Shown: piece after piece, positions 50,231 to 64,000 of the stretch | Layout of the letters: every line of letters begins with the position of its first letter | Numbering within the stretch: position 1 is the stretch's first letter | Assembly: GCF_009914755.1 (NCBI RefSeq) | Contig: NC_060933.1 | Direction: 5' to 3' (one strand) | Source of the DNA: the human T2T-CHM13v2.0 reference genome, Homo sapiens | DNA length: 64,000 nt | Notes under the pieces: generated by a model | Told to the model about the DNA's origin: nothing | What the model saw: only the letters and a program-made list of their open reading frames with translations | Database searches by the model: none | Program-made: the position numbers and the translations under genes

Positions 50231-51127
50231 AAGGAGTATGTTTAATTTATATTTGTACTACTTTGCTTCTATTCAGTCAACATTTTCAGTATGAGCAAAT
50301 AAAGAACAATTTCCATACTCAGGCCAGGTGAGCCTTGAAATCATGGAAACTGGCTCATTTATGCCAACATAGTAATTCCCAGTGCTTACTTACCTGGCAT
50401 TGGCCTGGCATCTTTGCTTCAAGGAAGAGACTCATTTAGGTTCCACCTGTTTCCCCATCCCCTTTCTATTAATCTTGTATACTTTTTCAAGTTGTCAGGA
50501 GAAATATTTTAAAAGGACCCCAGTCGGGAGGGGAGGTGTGGGCAAATTTTCATCCTCGGACTTTCTTCCAGCTGCCTCTGGTTCATTTCACTTTTCACAT
50601 CGTCTGGCCTTCTTCCCTTCCTGGCCCTGCCTTGGCTTCTGCGGCTTGACTCCTGTGTTCAGCCTGGTCCTCTAATATGCGTACTCTCGTTTCGACCAGC
50701 CACCACCCATCCAATTTTCTGTCCTTCAGCTTCACAACACAGCCATGTGTAAGAGGTGCCCTTTCCACATATGCCACCATGGTCCCAAGGAGCCCATTCA
50801 GGTCTTGCTCAGCCCTCGCCTGACTCTCGCTCAAAAGAGAAAAATAAGTCCGTCAGAGCTCTGAATTCCCACTGTGAGGCCTCCACTCACTGCAAAGTAG
50901 CATTCCCACCTGATTAGTCACTTGAATTGGATTTCATGAGTAGGATGGAGGCATTGGTTTCATGTTGCACTGTAACATGGGTTACAGTGTAAGATGGGTT
51001 AACTTTATTAAACATATTGGTATGTTGTAAATATGTATGACTCCTTAGAAACCATCAGTTCGCCAAGTCATACTGAGTCATTCTTCTGGAGGAGAGCTGA
51101 GGGGTTAATTAAAAACAGCTGCATCTA

Positions 51128-51468
<341 letters not shown>

Positions 51469-51842
51469 TCATGCACTAGCATGATATACTTCCTTCTTGG
51501 ACAGCACAGGTAAGACAGAACTCACAAAACAAAAAGGAGGCCTTCCATGGAGACGGGAGTTCTCCAGAAGGAAGATGAGCGCTAGTAGAGTATGACTATC
51601 TGAGAATCAGAAAAGAATCGGACCAAGCAATTGGCCATAGTTAAGTACAAAAGTTGTCCTAATGTGGCATTAAACAAGAAGAAAATATTGAGATTAAAGA
51701 CAAAAAGCATGATTAGTTATATAAAATATGAACAGTGTGCCTTTTCTGTTTAAATTCTTTCTTTCTTTCTATGACTTGGTATTGCTTATGTTATCCACAT
51801 TTTAAAGTTAATTTAAAAATAGTGTGCATTAACTGAAGTTAA

Positions 51843-52171
<329 letters not shown>

Positions 52172-52478
52172 TATTTTCTTAAACAATTTTTTTAAATTAA
52201 TCTTTTATTTTATTGTGGTTAGAACATTAAATAGGAGATCTACCTTCTTAACAAATTTTAAGTGTACAATATATTATTATTGACCATAGGTATGGTGTTG
52301 TACAGCAGATCTCTAGAGCTTACTTAACTGAAACTTGATGGGTGTTAATTAATAACTCTCCATTTCCCAGTGCCCCATCCCCTAGTAACTACCATTTCAG
52401 TCTTTGATTTTCTGAATTTCACTATTTCAGATACCTCATGTAAGTGGAATCAGGCAGTATTTGTCTTTCTGTTTCTGA

Positions 52479-53213
<735 letters not shown>

Positions 53214-53217
53214 TTAA

Positions 53218-53808
<591 letters not shown>

Positions 53809-54180
53809 TGTCCTTTGTCTTTTTTAAAAAAAATTATAATAACCATCCTAACAAGGGCGAGGTGATAAGCTTAGGCTTTTCACGTCATATTTATAAAATC
53901 ATTGTCAAGACTGGTGTCTTGAAGCTTTTCTTCTGTTTTCTTCTAGGAGTTTCATAGATTCAGGTTTTAAGTCTTTAATCCATTTTGAGTTGATTTTTGT
54001 GTATGGAGTAAGTCCAATTTCATCCTTTTACATGTGGATATCCACTTTTCTCAGTACCATTTGTTGAAGAGACTGTCCTTTTCCTAGGTGTATACTCTTG
54101 GTACCCTTGTCAAAGATCAATTGATTGTGTATGTACGTGGTTTATTTCTGGACTCTATTTCCTTATGCCTTTGTGTATAA

Positions 54181-54491
<311 letters not shown>

Positions 54492-54642
54492 TAGAAAACT
54501 AAATTTAGTAATTTTATTTGCCATCATATCAGAATATAAATCTGTATTGTTTTGCTATTTTTGTTTTTCATCCACAAAGTGTTAAGTTCCTATGCTTCAC
54601 TATAATATCCAAACAATGAAAGTATACATGGTTTTCTTTTCC

Positions 54643-54942
54643 TTTTTTTTTTTTTTTTTAAGAGACAGAGTATCGCTCTCTCGCCCAGGCTGGAGTGCAG
54701 TGGCGCCATCTCGGCTCACTGCAAGCTTTGCCTCCCAGGTTCACACCATTCTCCTGCCTCAGCCCCCTGAGTAGCTGGGACTGCAGGCGCCCGCCACAAT
54801 GCCCGGCCAATTTTTTGTATTTTTAGTAGAGATGGGGTTTCACCGTGTTAGCCAGGATGGTCTTGATCTCCTGACCTTGTGATCCGCCCGCCTCGGCCTC
54901 CCAAAGTGCTGGGATTACAGGCGTGAGCCACTGTGCCCGGCT
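54643..54942 (-). mobile_element. AluY-like SINE
   Basis: Dimer; TSD-like ..ggttttcttt. Confidence 0.92.
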
Positions 54943-55371
54943 GAAACTATATACGGTTTTCTTTACAGCTTCCCCTGTAGCTTAAGCTGCATCATCTACT
55001 GCTCGTTGCTAAGGGAAGCCAAGTCAGGCTGTTCATGTTTATGTGATTATTGACTGAACCAAAGTTTATCTCATTTGCGGACTGCCAGGTGACCCATAAA
55101 ATCATAGCACTTTGTTGAGGGAGGTCCCTGTCTCACTGAAGTAGCTAGTTGCTAGTATTTCTGTCAGATTTTGGACCAGAAAATATGGTGAGAATTTTCT
55201 AGCTTGGGATGAAAGAAAAATGGAAGATTCATGCAAAGGGAAATAGAGACTGTATGGTCAAGAGAGAGCTGAGACATCTAGATTTGCCTTGATTATTTGC
55301 AACCTTCCTAACAGTAAATGATACGTAAGGCGGTCTAATGAAATCTGTTTCTTGCAATCAAGAGAGTCTAC

Positions 55372-55540
55372 TAGTTCCTTGCTGCTCAAAGTGTGGTCCA
55401 CAGACCAGTAGCATTGGCAGCATCTGGATGCTTGTTGGAAAAGCTTGTCTTAGATCCCACTCCAGGCCTATTGTATCAGAAGCTGCATTTCAGCAAGGTC
55501 CCCAGGTAATTTACATGCACATTAAAGTTTGAGAAGCTCC
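55372..55540. mobile_element. MER5A-like MITE
   Basis: ctcaaagtgtggtcc.cagaccag.agcat.ggca..aaagtttgagaagc. Confidence 0.8.
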
Positions 55541-55555
55541 ATTCTAGTATACCTA

Positions 55556-55972
55556 GTGTAGCAGACTTCTGTTATTTTTCCATGTCCATTCTCTCCTACT
55601 TCCATAACAATAGAATGTCAACTGGTCACACGGGTGAGTTCCCAGCTCCACATTTAGGTACCTCCCCTCCAGCTGAGTGAGACTACATTCTGGCCAATGG
55701 GATTGAAGGAGTGATGGGAGCTACTTCCAAGTCTTGTCTTTAAAATAATTAGATCTTTCCTAGCTGTGAGATGGGGAGAACTGCGGCAACCACTTTGGAC
55801 CCATAGGTAGGAGTCAGAAGTTGAGGATGTCATGGCCACCTACTAGCCACGAGTAGGCTGCCCACCTACCTCTGGACTGTTATTTAAGAGAGGAACAAAC
55901 ATCTTTCTTGTTTCAGTCATTGTAAATTGGGATGTCTTTAGCTCAGCAGCTCAACATGTACACTAACAAATA
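55556..55972 (+). mobile_element. MLT1-family LTR
   Basis: ttctggccaatgggat..cctacctctggact..gagaggaa.aaac..cttgttt. Confidence 0.65.
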
Positions 55973-56418
55973 GACTAAAATGAACAGAGCTAGATGAGCA
56001 AGGGGACAAAGTGTGATTCACAGATCTCAGAATCAAATATTTAACTCATTAATAGTGCTGGAAGCAGCATTGCATCTCTCTGCTCATGTCGCCTACGTTG
56101 AAATGGGCATGAAGTGATTAAAAAGCAAACCCCTAGTGGGAGTAGAAATGCAGCTCAGAAATAACCATAGAATCATTGGTTTTTGATTAATGGGCAAAGA
56201 TTGTCTGATATTGATTCTCACACAGAGATTGTTTCTTTCTTTCCTAAAAAAGCTGAGCATCAATAAACCTTTATTCAGCCAAGATCAGTTGGGTTTTCAG
56301 GATGTGTAGGATGCATATTCCATATAATCCGTTCAATTTACATAATCCCAACTTCTAGATTTAGATAAATCTCCAGCTTTGCAAATCAGAACAGAAATAA
56401 AATTTATAATTTATAAGG

Positions 56419-57026
<608 letters not shown>

Positions 57027-57967
57027 GAACTTCTAGCAATGTTCGTCAGAGAATTTGCAGTAACTCATGACTCTACTATGTTATAAGGAAATAACCAAAT
57101 CCATGTGTGACTTGGAGCATTTTGAGACACAGAATTGCTGAACTACTTGGAACCAGGATGACCAAACAGAAACTCATACCAATCCAGGGATGGAGATATT
57201 TTCTTAATCATTCTTGGCTAAAAGTTTTATTAATGCCTTAGTGTAGAGTTGTAAGAGGTAAAATACCAGATGCATAATACTGGATGTATAATTATTATAC
57301 ATCTTAATTGTACTTTGTGCTGTTTTTACAGTTATGTTTAGGGACATTGTCAAGAATAGGCAGACACATTAACTAGCACCCATTACTGACTGGGGTGTAA
57401 GCAAGTCTCAGCCCTGTTTCTTTGGTACACAAAACTCCCTTGTCTCTACTGCAAGTGCCTGTTGAAGTTGGAGCCAGAGAATACTGAAAAGGAAATGATA
57501 ACTGTGATTTATCCCCTTTTCTGGATCCTTTCTGAGGCTGAGCACTCCGTGAAAAATCTCACCTGCCAAAGAATACCTGGCCTTTGTCTCTATATTCTAT
57601 TCTCTGCTGTGTCACCTTCCTATTTTCAATTTCTCATTCTTTCTCTTTGTCAAGGTTTCTTTAATAGTGCCCTGAACCTTTGGGAGTAAACTCAGTCATC
57701 TTTTCTCCTCTAGATAGGGTGATTTTATTGCCTTTTTTCTGAGTTCTCAGGTATGAAGATGAGACCAGTTTATGACTAAAACAGATTGAAGGTTATTTTA
57801 AATACTTATTACTTAGTACCCTTGTCCAAAATCAAACTCATTTATTATTGCTTTTATTTCTAATTTGAGAGCAATTTTTATCCTGTCTTTGGAACTATTG
57901 GCCAAGATACTACAACAATAAGAAGTAACCACTGTATCACACTTCACAGTTTATAAAATGCTTTTCA

Positions 57968-58272
57968 GGCCAGGCCTAGTGGCTCACACCCTTAATCCCA
58001 GCACTTTGGGAGGCTGAGGTGGGAGGATTGCTTGAGTTCAGGAATTCGAGGCCAGCCTGGGCAGCACAGAAAGACCCCATCTCTAAAAAAAAAAAAATCA
58101 GCCCACCATAATGGCACATGCCTGTGGTCCCAGCCACTTGGGAGACTGGGGTGCAAGGGTAGCTTGAACCGAGGAGGTTGAGACTGGAGTGAGCCATGAT
58201 TGCAACACTGCACTCCAGCCTGGCCAACAGACCAAGACCCTCAGTAAAAAAATAAAAATAATAAAAATTAAA
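57968..58272 (+). mobile_element. AluJ-like SINE within a MIR remnant
   Basis: TSD ataaaatgcttttca at 57953 and 58273. Confidence 0.9.
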
Positions 58273-58542
58273 ATAAAATGCTTTTCATATACCTTCCTTT
58301 TGAATTCTCAAAGCTGCCCTGTGAGACAAGTATTATTGTTATTACTCTTTTTTACAGGTGTGTAAATTGAGACTTTAGACGGCTAATTTGCTCAAGACAC
58401 AAAGCTAGAGACTCAGGTGGTTTTATCTCAATTCAAGCTCTGTTACCATGTTTAATATGATCATGATGACTACCATTATCACCACTGATATGGTTAGGCT
58501 TTGTGTCCCCACCCAAATCTCATCTTGAATTGTAATCCTCAT

Positions 58543-58895
58543 TGATATGGTTTGGCTGTGTCCCTGCCCTAATCGCAACTTGAATTATATCTCCCAGAAT
58601 TCCCACATGTTGTGGGAGGGACCCAGGGCGAGGTAATTGAATCATAGAGCCAGTCTTTCCTGTGCTAGTCTCATGATAGCGAGTAAGTCTCATGAGATCC
58701 GATGGGTTTATCAGGAGTTTCTACTTTTGCTTCTTTCTCATATTCTTTTGCCACCACCATGTAAGAAGTGCCTTTTGCCTCCAGCCATGATTCTGAGGCC
58801 TCCTCAGCCATGTGGGACTGTAAGTCCAATTAAACCTCTTTTTCTTCCCAGTCTTGAGTGTGTCTTTATCAGCAGTGTGAAAACGGACTAATACA
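58543..58895 (+). mobile_element. THE1A/B-like solo LTR (nested)
   Basis: tgatatggtttggctgtgtcc...actaataca; TSD ctcat/cccat. Confidence 0.9.
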
Positions 58896-59012
58896 CCCAT
58901 AATCCCCACATGTCAAGGGAGAGACTAGGTGTAAGTAATTGGATCATGGAAGTGATTTCCCCCATGCTGTTCTCGTGATAATGAGTGAGTTCTCATGAGA
59001 TCTGATGGTTTT

Positions 59013-59318
59013 TGTTTTTTTTTGTTTTTTTTTTGAGACAGAGTCTTGCTCTGTCCCCCAGGCTGGGGTGCAGTGGCATGATCTTGGCTCACTGCAACCT
59101 CTGCCTCCCATGTTCAAGCGATTCTCCTGCCTCAGCCTCCTGAGTAGCTAGGATTACAGGCACGCGCTACCAAGCCTGGCTAATTTTTTTTTTGTATTTT
59201 TAGTAGAGACAGGGTTTCACTATGTTGGTCAGACTGGTCTCGAACTCCTTACCTCGTGATCCACCCACTTCAGCCTTCAAAGTGCTGGGTTTACAGGCTT
59301 GAGCCACCGTGCCCAGCC
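59013..59318 (-). mobile_element. AluS-type SINE
   Basis: 16-bp TSD gagatctgatggtttt at 58997-59012 and 59319-59334. Confidence 0.94.
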
Positions 59319-59649
59319 GAGATCTGATGGTTTTATAAGGGGCTCTTCCCCCTTCATTTGGCACTTCTCCTTCCTGCTGCCTTGTGAAAAAGGTGCCTTG
59401 CTTCCTCTTTGCCTTCCACCATGATTGTAAGTTTCCTGAGGCCTCCCCAGCCATGCTGAACTGTAAGTCAATTAAATCTCTTCCTTTATAAATTACCCAG
59501 TCTCAGGGAGTTCTTTATAGCAGTATGAAAACGGACTAATACAACCACCATCATCATGGCAGCCATCAGTTACTCAGTTCCTACTCTGTTACTAAGAAGA
59601 CGGTTAATTATGTCATATCGTTTAATCTTTAAAATATTCCTGTGGTCCT

Positions 59650-60050
59650 TTATCAATTAGGAAAGCTTTCAGCTTTGAGTTCCATAAAACCCAAATAACT
59701 GTGGCTTAAACAAACTGAGTGATCCACTCTCCTCAACCTCCCAGAAGCAGAAGTCCTATCATTGGTTCAGTGACTCAGGGGTGTCAGGGCTCTAGGTCAA
59801 GTCTCTTGGCCTTCCATTCATGGTTTTATAAAGACCACCATAGCCCAGAGTATTGTGCCATCACATGACTACATTTAAAAGTGAGAATCAGGACAAAACT
59901 CGTCTTCTCCCATGCCTTTCCCTTCTCGAGGAAGCTCCTCAGCTGACTCTTCCTTTTCATCTCATCTCAATTCAGCCATGCTCCTGCTTAGGCCAGCACT
60001 GGGCCCATCTTCCTTGTGATCAAGGAGTCTCCATCTAGGAACTAAACAAA
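59650..60050 (-). mobile_element. Old MLT1-like LTR remnant
   Basis: aaacccaa..aactgtggcttaaacaa..ggttcagtgactcag; diverged. Confidence 0.45.
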
Positions 60051-61841
60051 ACCTAGGTCTCACTAAGGGTCTCACTGCATAAAGGTGCCCAGCAGAGGCC
60101 AGAATCAGTCCACACTCTGTACAGCCCACACCTTAAGCTGTGGGACCTGGCTGTGTCAGTCTAGAGGAAGGGGTAGCATTTTGCAATTTGTCTGCCTATT
60201 GGGCCACATTTTTGCAAATCATATCAAAGCCCAGGACCTGCTAGGAATAGCCCTGGTTAGTGAAGAAGACAGTGGTGGGGTTTGGCATTTTAGGAAGCAT
60301 GCAATGGTGTCTGCCACTGGAAGTTATGAATAGTCCATTTGAAAGATGAGGAAATCAAGTCTTGAGGAAATTAAATAAATAAATTTGCCAGGGTGACACA
60401 GTTGCCAACTCACAAAGTAAAAGTTGCAAATGAGCTTTGGCTGACTCTGAGGCCTGGAGTCCCATCAGTCATCTGGTTTTTTTTTTAAGCCTAATATCGG
60501 CTCTGCAAATTGATACAGACTCACAATCCTAAAAGCTACACAAAATTGATTTTTGAAGGAACTAGTTTCCTGATGAACAAAAATGGAGAACTGATCAATC
60601 TACTGACATGACTACTTTTAGAGGCTTCCAAGGTGTCATTAGTTATAAATGGGGCAAAGGATACTGAACATGATACATATTGGTAAAAATTCTTCAAGGC
60701 TTTTAGCCTTTCCTGACTTGTAAGGAGAATCATCCTGTCAGAAGAATTAGGAATTCTAACTCTAGTTGCCAAATCTATCAACAATTTCCTTTGTGACAAT
60801 CTATATTCACTTACCTACATTTTTTCCTCAGGCTAATAATTTATGTCAGTTGGAGCTCAGTGTTTTATGAACCAAGGGTGAAATTATTAAATTTTATTGT
60901 TTGTGATTCTTTCCTTAAGTTATATTTCTATAATTGCAAACTTACTGCATTCCCTAACCTCTATTTTGAATTTATTACTAGCCTTCTTACTGCCTTTTCA
61001 GATCTCAGAAGTAAACTTCAAATATTTACAAATCTCAATTTCATGTTTTCCCTTTCATAAATCTGTGGGCAAATTCGGTGCTGGAGACAGAGAGTAATAA
61101 ATCTGGATATTTATGTATTGTGCCAGGAGGCGCTGCACAAACTTCCCTGCATAGCTTGGTCAATGAGCCTCAGTCTTGACCTGTAACACTGGCTCTAGTC
61201 TAATCCGGAGGCTCATATTAACAGAATCATTATAAAACATCTGGTGACTTGTATATACAAAAACCCTTCCCTCAGTCATAATTTGCAATCAGGCAAGTTT
61301 AGTGGGCACATATGTTCTCCATGTTAGCAAAGGAAAGTGCATCAGTGGTGTTTATTAACGTTTATTATATCTGTCTTTAAAGATATGGACATAGCGATGA
61401 CCTACCCTAGTTTTAAGGTTATGACCAAACCTGCAAATGATATGAAAATCTATTATTTTTGAAGATCTCTCATTCCACGCATATTTGATGTGCTACAAAA
61501 AATGAAGTATAAACGTTCTAGAAGAAAACACTGTGGAATTAAAAAACAATTTTACAGTAGAGAAGGCCTTACTTAAACATGACACAAAATCCAGAAGCCA
61601 TAAATGAAAGGTTGCTAAAATTGACCATGTAAAAATTTAACGTTTATGTGACAACAACATCCAAAACAAAGTCAAAGACAGATGACAAACTGAGGAAAAA
61701 TATATGCATCCCATATATACAAGGGCTATTTTTAATATGCAGATCTTATAAATGAAGATGAAAAAGATAAATTACTCAATTATAAAAGCAGATAAAAAAC
61801 CCAAGTAGGAAGTTTACAGATAAACTAATACAAGCAGTAAA

Positions 61842-61842
<1 letters not shown>

Positions 61843-61883
<41 letters not shown>
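61843..61883. repeat. (CA)n microsatellite (~20 units)
   Basis: Direct reading. Confidence 0.93.
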
Positions 61884-61886
<3 letters not shown>

Positions 61887-61894
61887 CAAGTTTA

Positions 61895-62201
<307 letters not shown>

Positions 62202-62507
62202 TCAAGAAATAAGGATCAGAACAAGAAAATTTCAACTATTCCATTAGCAAAAATTAGAAAGTTTTAATGAAACCCACTGTTGGCAAAGGTGTGAGCAAAA
62301 GCCCCTTCATATATTGTTGGTGGGAGGATAAATTAGTGAAGCCATTTTAAAGGGCACTTTGGTAGAATCTTTTGAAATGTAACATACACTTGTGTCCTTT
62401 GACTTGGGAACTCCCCTTATAAAATTCTAATTTTCTTGCCTTTTGTACAAAGATATATGTGTTTGAGTGCTCTTTTTCGCATTGTTTTTACTTTCAAAAA
62501 GTTGTAA

Positions 62508-62825
<318 letters not shown>

Positions 62826-63295
62826 TGTAAACACCTCTTATGTGCACCAACTGTACATGTCTACAATGGAAAGTAGGAATGTATGTAGCTCTTTAAAAAG
62901 ATTATTAGCTCTGTATGCTCAAGACTAGAAATGACTTCTGTAAAATTTCTTCAAAATAAAACTATATAAAGCTTCATTTTTTAAACCAAAAATAAAATGT
63001 AGAGGAAATTCTCTATAATCATTGATTATCTGAATATTTATTATTTGGGTCCTCATAGCAACAAGATTGAGAATAAAGTAAAAGCCATCACAACATGAAA
63101 ATATACACGAAATAACTAGTCATTCAAATCTTCCTTGCTATCTATCTCTGCCCATCAGACGACCAGAACAGCTCAAATCATACACATAACAATTGTTTGT
63201 TAGTTTTAGTCTAATCAGCAATTAAAGAAGCCAAAAACATTAACAATGATGACAAGGGAGGCATTTCAAAACAAAATAATGTGAATGTCAAATCA

Positions 63296-64000
63296 TTTTA
63301 TTTATTTATTTTTATTTTTATTTTATTTTTATTTTTTTTATTGATCATTCTTGGGTGTTTCTCGCAGAGGGGGATTTGGCAGGGTCAGAGGACAAGAGTG
63401 GACGGAAGGTCAGCAGATAAACAAGTGAACAAAGGTCTCCGGTTTTCCTAGGCAGAGGACCCTGCGGCCTTCCGCAGTGTTTGTGTCCCTGGGTACTTGA
63501 GATTAGGGAGTGGTGATGACTCTTAAGGAGCATGCTGCCTTCAAGCATCTGTTTAACAAAGCACATCTTGCACCGCCCTTAATCCATTTAACCCTGAGTG
63601 GACACAGCACATGTTTCAGAGAGCACAGGGTTGGGGGTAAGGTCACCGATCAACAGGATCCCAAGGCAGAAGAATTTTTCTTAGTACAGAACAAAATGAA
63701 AAGTCTCCCATGTCTACTTCTTTCTACACAGACACGGGAACCATCCGATTTCTCAATCTTTTCCCCACCTTTCCCGCCTTTCTATTCCACAAAACCGCCA
63801 CTGTCATCATAGCCGGTTCTCAATGAGCTGTTGGGCACACCTCCCAGACGGGGTGGTGGCCGGGCAGAGGGGCTCCTCACATCCCAGTAGGGGCGGCCGG
63901 GCAGAGGCGCCCCTCACCTCCCGGACGGGGCGGCTGGCCGGGTGGGGGGCTGACCCCCCCACCTCCCTCTCGGACGGGGCGGCTGGCCGGGCAGAGGGGC
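63296..64000 (-). mobile_element. SVA retrotransposon 3' part (tail, SINE-R, start of VNTR; continues off right edge)
   Basis: (TTTTA)n tail; tttattgatcattcttgggtgtttctcgcagaggggg SINE-R end; GC-rich VNTR from ~63836. Confidence 0.97.

Larger units (their letters stand above)
58486..59543 (+). mobile_element. MSTA/THE1D-like solo LTR (outer), hosting a THE1 LTR and an Alu
   Basis: tgatatgg...actaataca termini; TSD accac at 58481-58485 and 59544-59548. Confidence 0.9.

Noticed and set aside
63345-63812. ORFs near the right edge
   Set aside because: SVA SINE-R translations

Overview
Great-ape (human-like) genomic DNA; the SVA element restricts it to hominids, but I cannot fix the species or locus. 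I find no supportable protein-coding exon, RNA gene, CpG-island promoter or prokaryotic-type system. The ORFs I traced come from Alu, L1, LTR, SVA or microsatellite sequence, and none elsewhere shows exon structure. The window is dominated by repeats: about 58 Alu elements or fragments (roughly a quarter of the bases), several old L1 fragments, an ERV9 LTR12 solo LTR with intact TSD, THE1/MST/MLT1 MaLR LTRs (one nested pair), MER21, LTR33- and LTR47-like LTRs, DNA-transposon fossils, L2/MIR remnants, and the 3' end of an SVA running off the right edge. Subfamily names come from recalled consensus sequences and boundaries are approximate unless a TSD is quoted. The most unusual structure is a set of local DNA-copying scars that repeat annotation would hide. 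Three segments of about 100-320 bp were copied from 0.25-1.4 kb away (5328-5424 from 6407-6502; 19404-19603 inverted from 20987-21193; 35936-36605 inverted from 35358-35678). There is also a perfect 21-bp-stem hairpin (40391-40439) and fold-back replacements inside Alus. These look like fossil template-switch or polymerase-theta-type repair events. I see no evidence for a new gene system.
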